DNA from: an uncultured Pseudomonadota bacterium | Lineage (GTDB): Bacteria > UBA10199 > JADFYH01 | Length of the DNA stretch: 64,000 bases | Assembly: GCA_964414715.1 (NCBI GenBank) | Contig: CAYPXN010000040.1 | Coordinates: 5,988 to 69,987 of the forward strand | Direction: 5' to 3' | In this document: positions 1 to 9,018 of the stretch, piece by piece | How positions within the stretch are numbered: the stretch's first letter is position 1 | How the letters are laid out: every line of letters begins with the position of its first letter | Translations under genes and position numbers: made by a program | The notes under the pieces: model-generated | Databases searched by the model: none | What the model was told of the DNA's origin: nothing | Seen by the model: the letters and a program-made list of their open reading frames with translations, nothing else

Positions 1-8
1 TCACCACG

Positions 9-3000
9 ATGGTGATGAAAGGTAAAGCAGGTGTTTACGAAGGAGCTCGAGCCCGTTTTTTTGGTTTCATGGTGGAAACGGGTCCTGGTTGGCGATTGGA
101 CGGTTACTTGGGCGGCACTGAAAATAATATTTCAGATCAAGATCTCGCAAAAAGTACTCTCAAGCTTGCCCAGTGGTTTGTAAAAGAAGGAAAATACTCC
201 ACCGCTGCTCAAATCGCCTCTCTTATCAGCGAAGATATCTATGTAGGGGCTGAAGCAAAAAAACTCATCGAAGAAGATATTCCCTCAAGCGCGAAGTGGG
301 ACACGATACTCAACGCAGGTCACGGGCTTTTATATTTTACTCCTCTTGCTCCCGCCGTGGCTTTTGCCGATGTTTCTTCTCCTGCAACCATTGGTGAAGA
401 AAGTGGTGATACTCATGCATTGAATGCCTTAAAGGGAGTGGCTATGAATGCTGCCACCACGATAGTCCCCTTTGGCATTGCTCGCTGGGCAAGAGTGGGA
501 GCTGAAGCTGCATTCGTTGCGCGTGCTGCGACTTTAATTGAAAATCCCGCTGCTTTCAAAATTGCTGGATTTCTAGTCGGAACCACTACTGAAGCAGGAG
601 CCTTTACTCTTTCAAACATGACACTTCAATCCATGATGACGGGAAGTACCGCTAATTGGAATATCAAAAATTTTGGAAAAGAATTTGGATCCATGATGGT
701 GACTTTTGTTCTCTTGCATGGCGTGAGCATGAGAATGGAAAAAGTTGGAAAAAGTTTAGAAAAAGCAGGCGCTCTCGATACTTCTATTGGAAAAACTACT
801 TTTGGAGCGGCTAGCTGGGGAGTACGTGTCGGATCTTTTACAGCCACTGAATATATTAATGAAGCTATTGGCTTGAAAGAGCATGAAAATGTTCCTTTAT
901 GGATGCGTTTGCTGAGCTCGGCCATCACCGATGCACAAATGGTCAAAGCCGGAAAAGTGGTAGACATCCTGAGTGGTGGAAAAATTTCTAAAACAGAACA
1001 GGCAACACAATTAAAATACAAAGCTCATGAAATATTACCGACTTTGAAAAAAATAGGTTTCGATTTTAATCCTAATCCTGACCCCGGTAGTGGCCCTGGC
1101 TCTGGAAACATAATTCATACTGACTTTTCTTCACCCTTTCCTCAAAGTCCTGCGGAACTTGTGTTAAGGATCCTTGTTCAGAACTCTGTTCAAACAGGTC
1201 GTTTGGAAACGCCTCCTCAAGATACCATTGATCGTATTCATCAAATAATTAGCGATGGAAAAACAGACCTCCACTCTCCGGAAGGGCAAGCAAAGCTGGC
1301 GCTTTGGGTAACTTATGCACTGAGAGCAGGCGAGGGAGGAAAAAGTTTAACGGGTCCTGAGTTGGAACGCAATTATCATGAGCTCGATACAGGCACAAAA
1401 ACCTTTATTCAACAATGTGGTATAGACGGCGACTCGGCCTTGGGAAAACAGATCCAGGTCGAGTTGATGAATTTTGTTCTCAGCCGAAACATTTCTCCTA
1501 CCGAGTTCGGAAAATATTTGGAACATACTTCTGATATTTATAACACTTTGCACATGATTGCCTCTTCGCTTACCGGAAAGCCTGCGAGCTCTACTCCGGA
1601 AGGTCAAAAAATTATGGCGGGACTCATGCTGAGTCTTGCCCGCTCCGGAGACAATGCAGATCATATCCACGAATTGTGCGAACGATTAAGTGATGTCGAG
1701 CATGACTTAAGGTCTACGAATTTTTTCACACTGTCCGAAGCAAACACGCCGGATCAAAAACTTGCCCTCTTGTACTGGGCGGTGGAAAATGAAGTGTCGC
1801 AGGGAGATCTTGTTAAAATTGCAAATAACATCGAAGCTGGAAAATTGCATTTCGCATGGGAAAACGGGGATGTAAACTTAAGAAAGGGAGAAGGGGTTTT
1901 TGAACTTCGACCTGAAAACATTATTCATCCTGTGAGCGATGAACAAATTATTTCAGAAACACCCATTCCAGATACGGACAAGAAAGTCGCGGACGTTCAA
2001 GCCCCTCCCGTAGATGAAGCGTCTCAACGTGTGGCAGCCAGAGGAAAAGTCCAGGCTTCCCTGGTAAAGTCTGAACCCGTTGAAATATTGAATCGCTTGG
2101 CGAAGTCTTTTGGTATTTCAAAAAATTCGAGCTTTGTTCATGATCTTTCAGGCACAACAGCAGCTCGACATATTGACCCGGCAAAAGTAGAAAGCATTCT
2201 TAAAAAACTCAATCAAGCCCTTCAGGCAACAAAAATAAATCAGCGCTCCTTTAAAAATCCTGAGGCTGTTCGTGAGGAACTTTTCAAGAGAGTGGTGGAG
2301 GGAAAAATTACTGAACCCTTTGCCCAAATGCTTTTCGAAAAATGTAAAAGCCGAGAAATTAGTCCTGAAGATTTGGATTTTGTTTTGGGTTTTGATGCGA
2401 ATGGACGCAACATAGCTCTATTGGAAGCTGTTCCTGAATTGGGAGTCCAGTCCGCTTGGTTGGAAAAACTGGTCGAAAATCCTAAAGCATTTTACGACAA
2501 AGTAAAACGAGTCACCAATACGGACGGACGCCTTTTTAACCTTTTTAATATCATTTCCAAAGGACGAGAACTTAGCAAAGATGAAAAGGCAATTTTGATT
2601 CACAACCTCGAAGAAGCGGGCTTCAAAATTCCTGCTGCAGACAAAGAACAATATTTCGACGGACTGATTAGCATTATCAAAAATTACAATTCCTTAGGGC
2701 TAGAGGAGGTTTTTTCCTCTTCGGATCTTATCACACTCATGGCGGCACTTCACATGCACGGCGCAACCCCCGTCATTTCTGAGGCAAAAATGAAAGCTCT
2801 GGAGGATATTCCAGATCTTCTCCTTCGAAGACAAGCTTTCTTAAAAGTAATTTTAGAAGGCAATATGTCTGGATCGTCAACATTTGATCCTGTACGAGTA
2901 GCAGAAGGAGTAATGAATAATAAATGGGCTAAATCTGTTTTTTTAGATTTTGAGAATTCTTCTCATACACAAGCAAGACATCTTGCAGAAGGCAGCACGC

Positions 3001-6000
3001 CTTTTGCAAAAGCAGCCAAAGATTTCTTGGCAGGTAAAATTTCCGTTAATCAATACCATGAAACCCAGGATGCAATTGCAAAGCAAATGGTAAAAGATCA
3101 TCGTGTTGCGGGGGCTAAAGTTCTCTCATTTTTAAATATTTTAAGTTCGGATCCCTCTCTTAATATCAGTAAAAAACCACCTCCAACTGCTCGAATGAAA
3201 TCTATCACTGATATCGTGCCTAAAATAATACGACGGGGTTATACTCATGATGCAGCTCTTACTGATATTGCCGCTACTCGTGTGATTGTAAAATCAAATT
3301 CCGATGTAGAAGCAGTCATCGCAAAAATTCAGGAAAAATATCCCATTCGTGAGACTTATACCAAAGAGGGAGAAATAGAACTGGATCTCATGGATCCTGC
3401 TGAAGTGAGAGCACGAGGGCTGCCTGAAGTGGAAAATGAAGTTTGGTTGGATGTAAAGCCTGACAAAGACGCCATTCATCGTTTAGTCGAAGGTCATCCA
3501 GCAAGTGGTTATCGAGCTTTGCATGTCGTGGTTGAAATAGACGGAAAGCCCGTAGAAATCCAAATCAAAACCGAAGCGATGAATGAATGGGGAGAGATCG
3601 AACATAAACTCGTTTATAAAAACAAGAATCTTCCCGATGCAGTTATGGAACCCATCAAGGCATTCCGTAAAGCAGCGGCTGATTATTTAAGCAAGGCAGA
3701 ACATCTCAAACCGGGTGAAACTTTGGGAGAAATGCCCAAAGCCCCAGATATCCCGGACAACATTCCCAATGTAGCTGAAATTCGCAAGCAATTGGAAGCC
3801 ATGACAGCGCTAATGGAAAAATACACACCGGCTGTCGATGAATCACAAATCCCGATAGGCACGGGCTACACACAGGATGTAGGACGCAATTCTCCTCAGG
3901 AAATCCAAGAGATTGGACAAAGAGGAATGGATTTTGCTCAAGCTCTTCGGGAAGGAAACGAAAAAGACATTCCGCCTGCCTGGATCAGAAATATCTCTTG
4001 GACAAGTGAATATGGAAAACCTTTCTCTCGTCAGGCAGCTCTTCTTGCACAAACAGCAGCCCGAAACATTCCAATTTTAGTTCAAGAAATCCGTGCAAAA
4101 GAAATTTCTTATAGAAAAACAGGATCCACAGAAGAAAAAGGAAGAATCCTGAATCAACTGGACGATCTGTATATTCGCCTTGATCATCACAGTCAGGACC
4201 TGGAAAGATGGAAAAGGGTTTCTGATGGCGTAACACAATACGCAAAATCAATTTCAGACTTCTCCTTTCCTTATGTTCGTGATTCGGTAAGACACAGTGT
4301 GCGAAAAAATATGATGGAAACTGGTCGAAATAGGGAACACATGCCTGAACCGCCCTTGTCTCCGGTTTCCTTCGATATAGAAAGACCTGACTGGAGTGAA
4401 AACCCTGATCTGCGGGGAAATTTGATGGAAGCAGGTTTTGCCGGGCGAGATGTTTCATTGAATGACTACTCCATTCACTTTACAGTTTCGACTGAAGCGG
4501 AGCGTCGTAGTCTTTTGAACTTTATCGAACAAAACCCTGAAAGTAGAACTTATCGTATTTCTTCCGAAAGCCCTCATGTACTTCGCGTCCGCACCCCGCA
4601 GGGAAAAGATTTTCTGCTTGAAGTTCATCTTGCAAGCGAACGAAGAAATGCGAATACAGTCCCTGCAGAAGAAGATCTCCTCTTGGCTGCGGAGGCAAAA
4701 CCAAAACCAAAAGCCGTAGAACATGTTGAGTCCGAAGCGATGGTAAATCACGACGGGGGAGAGGGAGATGTAAGCAAAAATGTTTCTCCCAACAGATCTG
4801 AAGAAGCTACCAATCCTGGCATCAGAAGAAGAGGGCTTCCGGATGGCAGCTCCGCTCTCGTTTTGGGGATTCTCGCCGGAGGAGCAGCACTTCTTTACGG
4901 TTCAGATGCTCATGCAGCTGTTCATGAAGCAGGGAAAGCGATTTCAGATCCCGGCCACCTGATTTTTGAAGGTCTAAAATATGCAGCAGGATTCATTCCT
5001 GTTTTGGGAATGTTTTTTGGAAAAGGAGGGGGTGATAAAAAAAGTGTCGCACCAAGCATGGAGGTAAAACCCAATCCTCAGGATTCCGTCATTCTAATCG
5101 GCAGGAAGTACGGGCACTTTACAAATGATACTTCTGTATCCGGAACTCACTGCACACTGTATAAAACTTCTACAGGACAATGGGTTTTGCAAGATGGCGA
5201 CGCACAAGCAGGTCAGATCAAAGCAAGTAAAAATGGGGTTAAAATTTTGGATGCCGCAGGTAATGAAACGCCTCTTCCCAGTGGAGGAAGAACTTTTTTG
5301 CAAGACGGACAAGTGATTCTTGTGGGAAAATCAGCATTCATCTTTCGATCTCCGGATGCTCCTTCTCATCTCCAACAAGCTGTTCCCGGAGTTCCGCATA
5401 ATGCTGCCGCACGGGCTAGCGTAAAGCCTGCGCGCCAAAGCCCTGTGCCTGCAATCGATTTTACACAATATCCCTCTCTGACAATCCCTTCGACTTCGAA
5501 TCCTCGTGAAGAATTTATCATTGGAAATGCTGTGTATGAAGCTGGGGGTGGACAGGTGAATCATCTCACGGAGGACGGAGACCCCCATGCACGAGTTTAT
5601 TTTTCACTTCGAACCAACATTCAGGGCAAGTGGTTTGTTTATGATGGGAGAGTTGGGGGAGCTGAAAAAAGTCCTTATGGTATCGAAGTCATGATTTCGT
5701 CCGGAGAACGAAAAAGGGTTAATGGTTTTTCAGAACTTAATCCTGGAGATTTGATTATCTACAAAACACAGCGGGGAGAGCTTGTATATCGTTTTGATGG
5801 CCAAACTTCAGAAACTCCTTCCAGACCCGTAAGCGCAAACCCGGCAGACAAGGCACCAGAACCACCTCGCGTTTTGGCAGTATATGATGTTTCCAAATTT
5901 GCAGATTTAAGCGAAAACAACCCGAACTGGAAAAACAAACAGGGAGCTATTCCTGGGGTCGCTTTTGCCTCTCATGAAGGTGTGGGATACAAAGATCACA

Positions 6001-8948
6001 ACGAAGATCGTTATTACGCGATGAATTTGGGAGATGGTCGTACCATTACTTTTGCAATCGATGGTATGGGAGGGCAGGTGGGAGCAGAAAGGGCTGCCGA
6101 GATTATTCGTTCTTCCCTCGAAAGAGCCTTTGCGGAAGGTGCCAACATTCATGAAGCCATCGATGTAGCGAAGCGCACTCTAAGGGCTGTCAATCAACCC
6201 ATTGTCGATAACTTTGTTGCAAAAGGTAAAAAAGCTTATGAAGCAGATCCTCACTTACCAGGAGCGGTAGCTGTAGGGGTAAGCACAAAGGCCATTGAAG
6301 GTGGAAAATATGAAGCAGAATTTGTCAGCATTGGAGATGCAGAAGCGATTGTCATTCGACCTTCAGCCGATGGACGTTCAGCTCCCACCGTTCCTTTTTA
6401 TACCTCTAGACCTTCTGCCATGAATCTGCTCCTGCCCGATCGTAAAACTCCCACCCTTCAAGATGGCTCAGGTCGCAGACAAAGAAACTATACACTCGTG
6501 GAACGCCTCAACCCGATTGCAAACATCGTGGCTGAAGGACTGGGTCTTTCTTCTTCTGATATTCACTCTGATAAACAGGTATTGGAAAAAGGAGATATTA
6601 TCATTTCGGGTTCCGATGGATTTTTTGAAAACTTTGGCAGCTTTGATGAAATTGCAAAAGTCGTTCAGGCAAGTGGACAAAAAACTCCCCAGGGAATTCG
6701 GGATGCCTTGATGCGGGAAGCTCTTTTGCGTCAACAATTATTGAAAATGAGACAAAGTGGAGAAGTTCTTGAACTTACACACGAGAAATATGCTCTCGCT
6801 TATCAAACACTATTCCAACAGCAAGCCCCTGCAGGATGGCGTGGAATGTATGAATCCTCTCCCTCTCAACGTTTTGTTTTGGATAATAATGGCAATGTGG
6901 GAAGATGGGAAGACGTTGATCCCGCAAGTAAAACACTCAAAGAGCTCAACAATGTCCCACTGGCGATCACACACTTCAAAAGGGATAATACGACAGTGGG
7001 AGTTCAAATCTTGGGAGACAGCACTCCTCCTGTGCCTGAAGCCAAACCTGTTAAAGTAAGTCCTCCTCCACAAGAAGCACCCGTTGCAAAAGCTCCTGTG
7101 GGCGCAAAATTTCCTGATCCCGTTGCTCCAAGAGCAGGCAATGCCTATCATGTAGATTCGAATCCCACGGTCATCATGCCTGCACTTCGTCCCGAAAAAA
7201 TTCCTTGGCAACAAGTCGTAGGCAGCCCTTATCATTCGGTCATTTTAGGAAGACCTGCCAAGCAGGCTGGAGCCTCAAACCCCGCCAATCTTTTTCCTGT
7301 CGATGACCAGGCCATCGGCAGACGTCACGCTGAAATTGTAGTTGGGGCAGATGGCACGCGTTGGTTAAGAGATCTCAGTTATCAGGGAAGCTCGAAGGGA
7401 GAAAATTATGGAACTTGGGTTGCAGAACAGAACGCCTGGAGAAAACTGGCACCTGGAGAAAATTACCCATTAAAGGCAGGACAATCTTTCGCGCTGGGAA
7501 GCGTGATTGAAGAAGGAATGTCTCTGCCTTCGACAGGTGTAGGTCTTCCCAGCAAAAAATATAACCTCGATAACAGCATCGTTTATATATTGGGAACGGA
7601 TGGAAACACCTTGTTTAGCAATTCCCGTCCAACATCGAGAGGAGATCTTCTTCAAAAACCCGCAGCAGATCCTGTTATCGCAGGACGTGCTGCAATACGT
7701 CCTGTTCCGGTGAAGGATCTTCCACACACACCCTTGAATTCTTCCGGAGTAAGAATAGAAGGGAAATTGTATGGTGAAACGCCGGTACAAAATTTTTCTC
7801 TCCAAAATGTTTCTCAAGATCCAAACAAACCCACTTGGATAAGTGTTGCTTTTGGCGATCAACCTCGCTTGATTCAAGGATTTCCGGATACTTCCGGACA
7901 ACCTTTGTTCAAGGTAACCACCCGCAATGGAAAATACTATCTGCAACTGAATGCGGATCTGAGTCATGATGGTTGGAGCATAGACGGAACTCGACGTAGT
8001 ATGGGACAACAAGTGCTGGAAGGTGGAAAAACTTATCAAATTAAGATTGGAACTCATGATTTTAGTTTAACCTTACCTACTGCAAGTCCTGTCGTGGCAG
8101 AAGCAGCTCCTCCGAATACACAAAACCTTCCCAGAGAATGGCCTCCCTTGGGCAGCGCTGATACTATTATAGGAAGGGCAGATGGAAGTATTGCCCCACT
8201 TCATGATGGAAGAGGAATAAACTTTATCGATGATAGCGAAATTCGTACTATTTTTAGCCGCGCTTCAGAAGCAAAGGGTCGAGCAGATGGTGTTCCCTTT
8301 TCTGTTGACCGCTTTGGTCGTCATGTAATTCAGCAACAGGGGCAACGAGGCTGTACCGCTGCTGCAAGCGGAATGCTTATCCTGGATCAAGGTGGAAACT
8401 TAAGTGGAAGAGAAGTAAGAACTAGAAATTTAGGGAATGAAAAAACTACCGCATCGGATATTTATTATGCAGGACTTATTCCTATTCTTCCTCGGGGTGT
8501 GCAAAATCTTGAAACAGCCATCCAAAAACACGGTTCTATGGTTGTAGGTATTGGTGGAGAAATTGGAGGACATGTTATTGTTGTCGATTATTACTCGGAA
8601 GCAGAAGGAGTCGCCAGAATTCGAGATCCTTTTCATGGCTGGAGCATTGAAACCACGACAGATGCATTGAAAAGTCGGGGGGCTCGTGTTGAAGTGGGCG
8701 CTCAAAATTTTCAAACATTTTTTGCAGGTACTGCGCTTGCTGGAGTGCGTAGCCACGAACAGCTCAAGGATCCTGTCGGACTACTGGAACAGTATCTTCA
8801 AAACAGGGGTCAATGGAACAGCAACAAAATTACTATTGATAAGTTGATTGATTATATCAGGGCTCGCAGTTTCGTCATGGATTCTTATAACGACTCCATG
8901 AAGGCAAAATTGGATACTGTTCTCAGAAAATACGCTTATCCCAACTAA
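9..8948 (+). CDS. Giant multidomain protein of at least 2979 aa, probably 5'-truncated by the window edge. Contains a RelA/SpoT-like nucleotidyltransferase domain, a hydrophobic hairpin, FHA x2, a PP2C phosphatase, FHA x2, and a C-terminal papain-like Cys/His region.
   Basis: Uninterrupted ORF of 8940 nt. The frame is also open in the 8 nt upstream of the first ATG, so the true start probably lies outside the window. Motifs read from the translation: DIAATRVIV...GYRALHVVVE...EIQIKTEAMNEWGEIEHKLVYK (Rel/SpoT synthetase signature); NEDRYY...FAIDGMGGQ...SGSDGF (PP2C); G-R / S-R-x-HA / NG-T FHA signatures (VILGRP...IGRRHAEIV...GSSKGENYGTWV). Confidence 0.85.
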   Translation: MVMKGKAGVYEGARARFFGFMVETGPGWRLDGYLGGTENNISDQDLAKSTLKLAQWFVKEGKYSTAAQIASLISEDIYVGAEAKKLIEEDIPSSAKWDTILNAGHGLLYFTPLAPAVAFADVSSPATIGEESGDTHALNALKGVAMNAATTIVPFGIARWARVGAEAAFVARAATLIENPAAFKIAGFLVGTTTEAGAFTLSNMTLQSMMTGSTANWNIKNFGKEFGSMMVTFVLLHGVSMRMEKVGKSLEKAGALDTSIGKTTFGAASWGVRVGSFTATEYINEAIGLKEHENVPLWMRLLSSAITDAQMVKAGKVVDILSGGKISKTEQATQLKYKAHEILPTLKKIGFDFNPNPDPGSGPGSGNIIHTDFSSPFPQSPAELVLRILVQNSVQTGRLETPPQDTIDRIHQIISDGKTDLHSPEGQAKLALWVTYALRAGEGGKSLTGPELERNYHELDTGTKTFIQQCGIDGDSALGKQIQVELMNFVLSRNISPTEFGKYLEHTSDIYNTLHMIASSLTGKPASSTPEGQKIMAGLMLSLARSGDNADHIHELCERLSDVEHDLRSTNFFTLSEANTPDQKLALLYWAVENEVSQGDLVKIANNIEAGKLHFAWENGDVNLRKGEGVFELRPENIIHPVSDEQIISETPIPDTDKKVADVQAPPVDEASQRVAARGKVQASLVKSEPVEILNRLAKSFGISKNSSFVHDLSGTTAARHIDPAKVESILKKLNQALQATKINQRSFKNPEAVREELFKRVVEGKITEPFAQMLFEKCKSREISPEDLDFVLGFDANGRNIALLEAVPELGVQSAWLEKLVENPKAFYDKVKRVTNTDGRLFNLFNIISKGRELSKDEKAILIHNLEEAGFKIPAADKEQYFDGLISIIKNYNSLGLEEVFSSSDLITLMAALHMHGATPVISEAKMKALEDIPDLLLRRQAFLKVILEGNMSGSSTFDPVRVAEGVMNNKWAKSVFLDFENSSHTQARHLAEGSTPFAKAAKDFLAGKISVNQYHETQDAIAKQMVKDHRVAGAKVLSFLNILSSDPSLNISKKPPPTARMKSITDIVPKIIRRGYTHDAALTDIAATRVIVKSNSDVEAVIAKIQEKYPIRETYTKEGEIELDLMDPAEVRARGLPEVENEVWLDVKPDKDAIHRLVEGHPASGYRALHVVVEIDGKPVEIQIKTEAMNEWGEIEHKLVYKNKNLPDAVMEPIKAFRKAAADYLSKAEHLKPGETLGEMPKAPDIPDNIPNVAEIRKQLEAMTALMEKYTPAVDESQIPIGTGYTQDVGRNSPQEIQEIGQRGMDFAQALREGNEKDIPPAWIRNISWTSEYGKPFSRQAALLAQTAARNIPILVQEIRAKEISYRKTGSTEEKGRILNQLDDLYIRLDHHSQDLERWKRVSDGVTQYAKSISDFSFPYVRDSVRHSVRKNMMETGRNREHMPEPPLSPVSFDIERPDWSENPDLRGNLMEAGFAGRDVSLNDYSIHFTVSTEAERRSLLNFIEQNPESRTYRISSESPHVLRVRTPQGKDFLLEVHLASERRNANTVPAEEDLLLAAEAKPKPKAVEHVESEAMVNHDGGEGDVSKNVSPNRSEEATNPGIRRRGLPDGSSALVLGILAGGAALLYGSDAHAAVHEAGKAISDPGHLIFEGLKYAAGFIPVLGMFFGKGGGDKKSVAPSMEVKPNPQDSVILIGRKYGHFTNDTSVSGTHCTLYKTSTGQWVLQDGDAQAGQIKASKNGVKILDAAGNETPLPSGGRTFLQDGQVILVGKSAFIFRSPDAPSHLQQAVPGVPHNAAARASVKPARQSPVPAIDFTQYPSLTIPSTSNPREEFIIGNAVYEAGGGQVNHLTEDGDPHARVYFSLRTNIQGKWFVYDGRVGGAEKSPYGIEVMISSGERKRVNGFSELNPGDLIIYKTQRGELVYRFDGQTSETPSRPVSANPADKAPEPPRVLAVYDVSKFADLSENNPNWKNKQGAIPGVAFASHEGVGYKDHNEDRYYAMNLGDGRTITFAIDGMGGQVGAERAAEIIRSSLERAFAEGANIHEAIDVAKRTLRAVNQPIVDNFVAKGKKAYEADPHLPGAVAVGVSTKAIEGGKYEAEFVSIGDAEAIVIRPSADGRSAPTVPFYTSRPSAMNLLLPDRKTPTLQDGSGRRQRNYTLVERLNPIANIVAEGLGLSSSDIHSDKQVLEKGDIIISGSDGFFENFGSFDEIAKVVQASGQKTPQGIRDALMREALLRQQLLKMRQSGEVLELTHEKYALAYQTLFQQQAPAGWRGMYESSPSQRFVLDNNGNVGRWEDVDPASKTLKELNNVPLAITHFKRDNTTVGVQILGDSTPPVPEAKPVKVSPPPQEAPVAKAPVGAKFPDPVAPRAGNAYHVDSNPTVIMPALRPEKIPWQQVVGSPYHSVILGRPAKQAGASNPANLFPVDDQAIGRRHAEIVVGADGTRWLRDLSYQGSSKGENYGTWVAEQNAWRKLAPGENYPLKAGQSFALGSVIEEGMSLPSTGVGLPSKKYNLDNSIVYILGTDGNTLFSNSRPTSRGDLLQKPAADPVIAGRAAIRPVPVKDLPHTPLNSSGVRIEGKLYGETPVQNFSLQNVSQDPNKPTWISVAFGDQPRLIQGFPDTSGQPLFKVTTRNGKYYLQLNADLSHDGWSIDGTRRSMGQQVLEGGKTYQIKIGTHDFSLTLPTASPVVAEAAPPNTQNLPREWPPLGSADTIIGRADGSIAPLHDGRGINFIDDSEIRTIFSRASEAKGRADGVPFSVDRFGRHVIQQQGQRGCTAAASGMLILDQGGNLSGREVRTRNLGNEKTTASDIYYAGLIPILPRGVQNLETAIQKHGSMVVGIGGEIGGHVIVVDYYSEAEGVARIRDPFHGWSIETTTDALKSRGARVEVGAQNFQTFFAGTALAGVRSHEQLKDPVGLLEQYLQNRGQWNSNKITIDKLIDYIRARSFVMDSYNDSMKAKLDTVLRKYAYPN

Positions 8949-9018
8949 AAATAATTCCCACACATGTTATTGTGAGTCCTTCGAAGCAGGGTCTTGCAAT
9001 TCATTGATTGCATCAGAT

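Noticed and set aside
1080-1100. Gly/Pro-rich GSGPGSG stretch in the giant protein, considered as a collagen or secretion motif.
   Set aside because: It is only 7-8 residues long and looks like a flexible linker. There is no G-X-Y periodicity.
3985-4751. Minus-strand ORFs (3985..4458, 4455..4751, 626..1021 and others) inside the giant gene.
   Set aside because: The antisense frames lie within an uninterrupted 8.9-kb sense ORF whose translation shows several conserved domain motifs. The antisense products are Phe/Cys-rich nonsense.
8977-8990. 11-mer CGAAGCAGGGT is shared between the giant-gene 3' flank and repeat copy 1 (14750-14760).
   Set aside because: This could mark another degenerate copy of the palindromic element, but a single 11-mer match is within chance expectation once all pairs are considered. 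No flanking similarity was seen.
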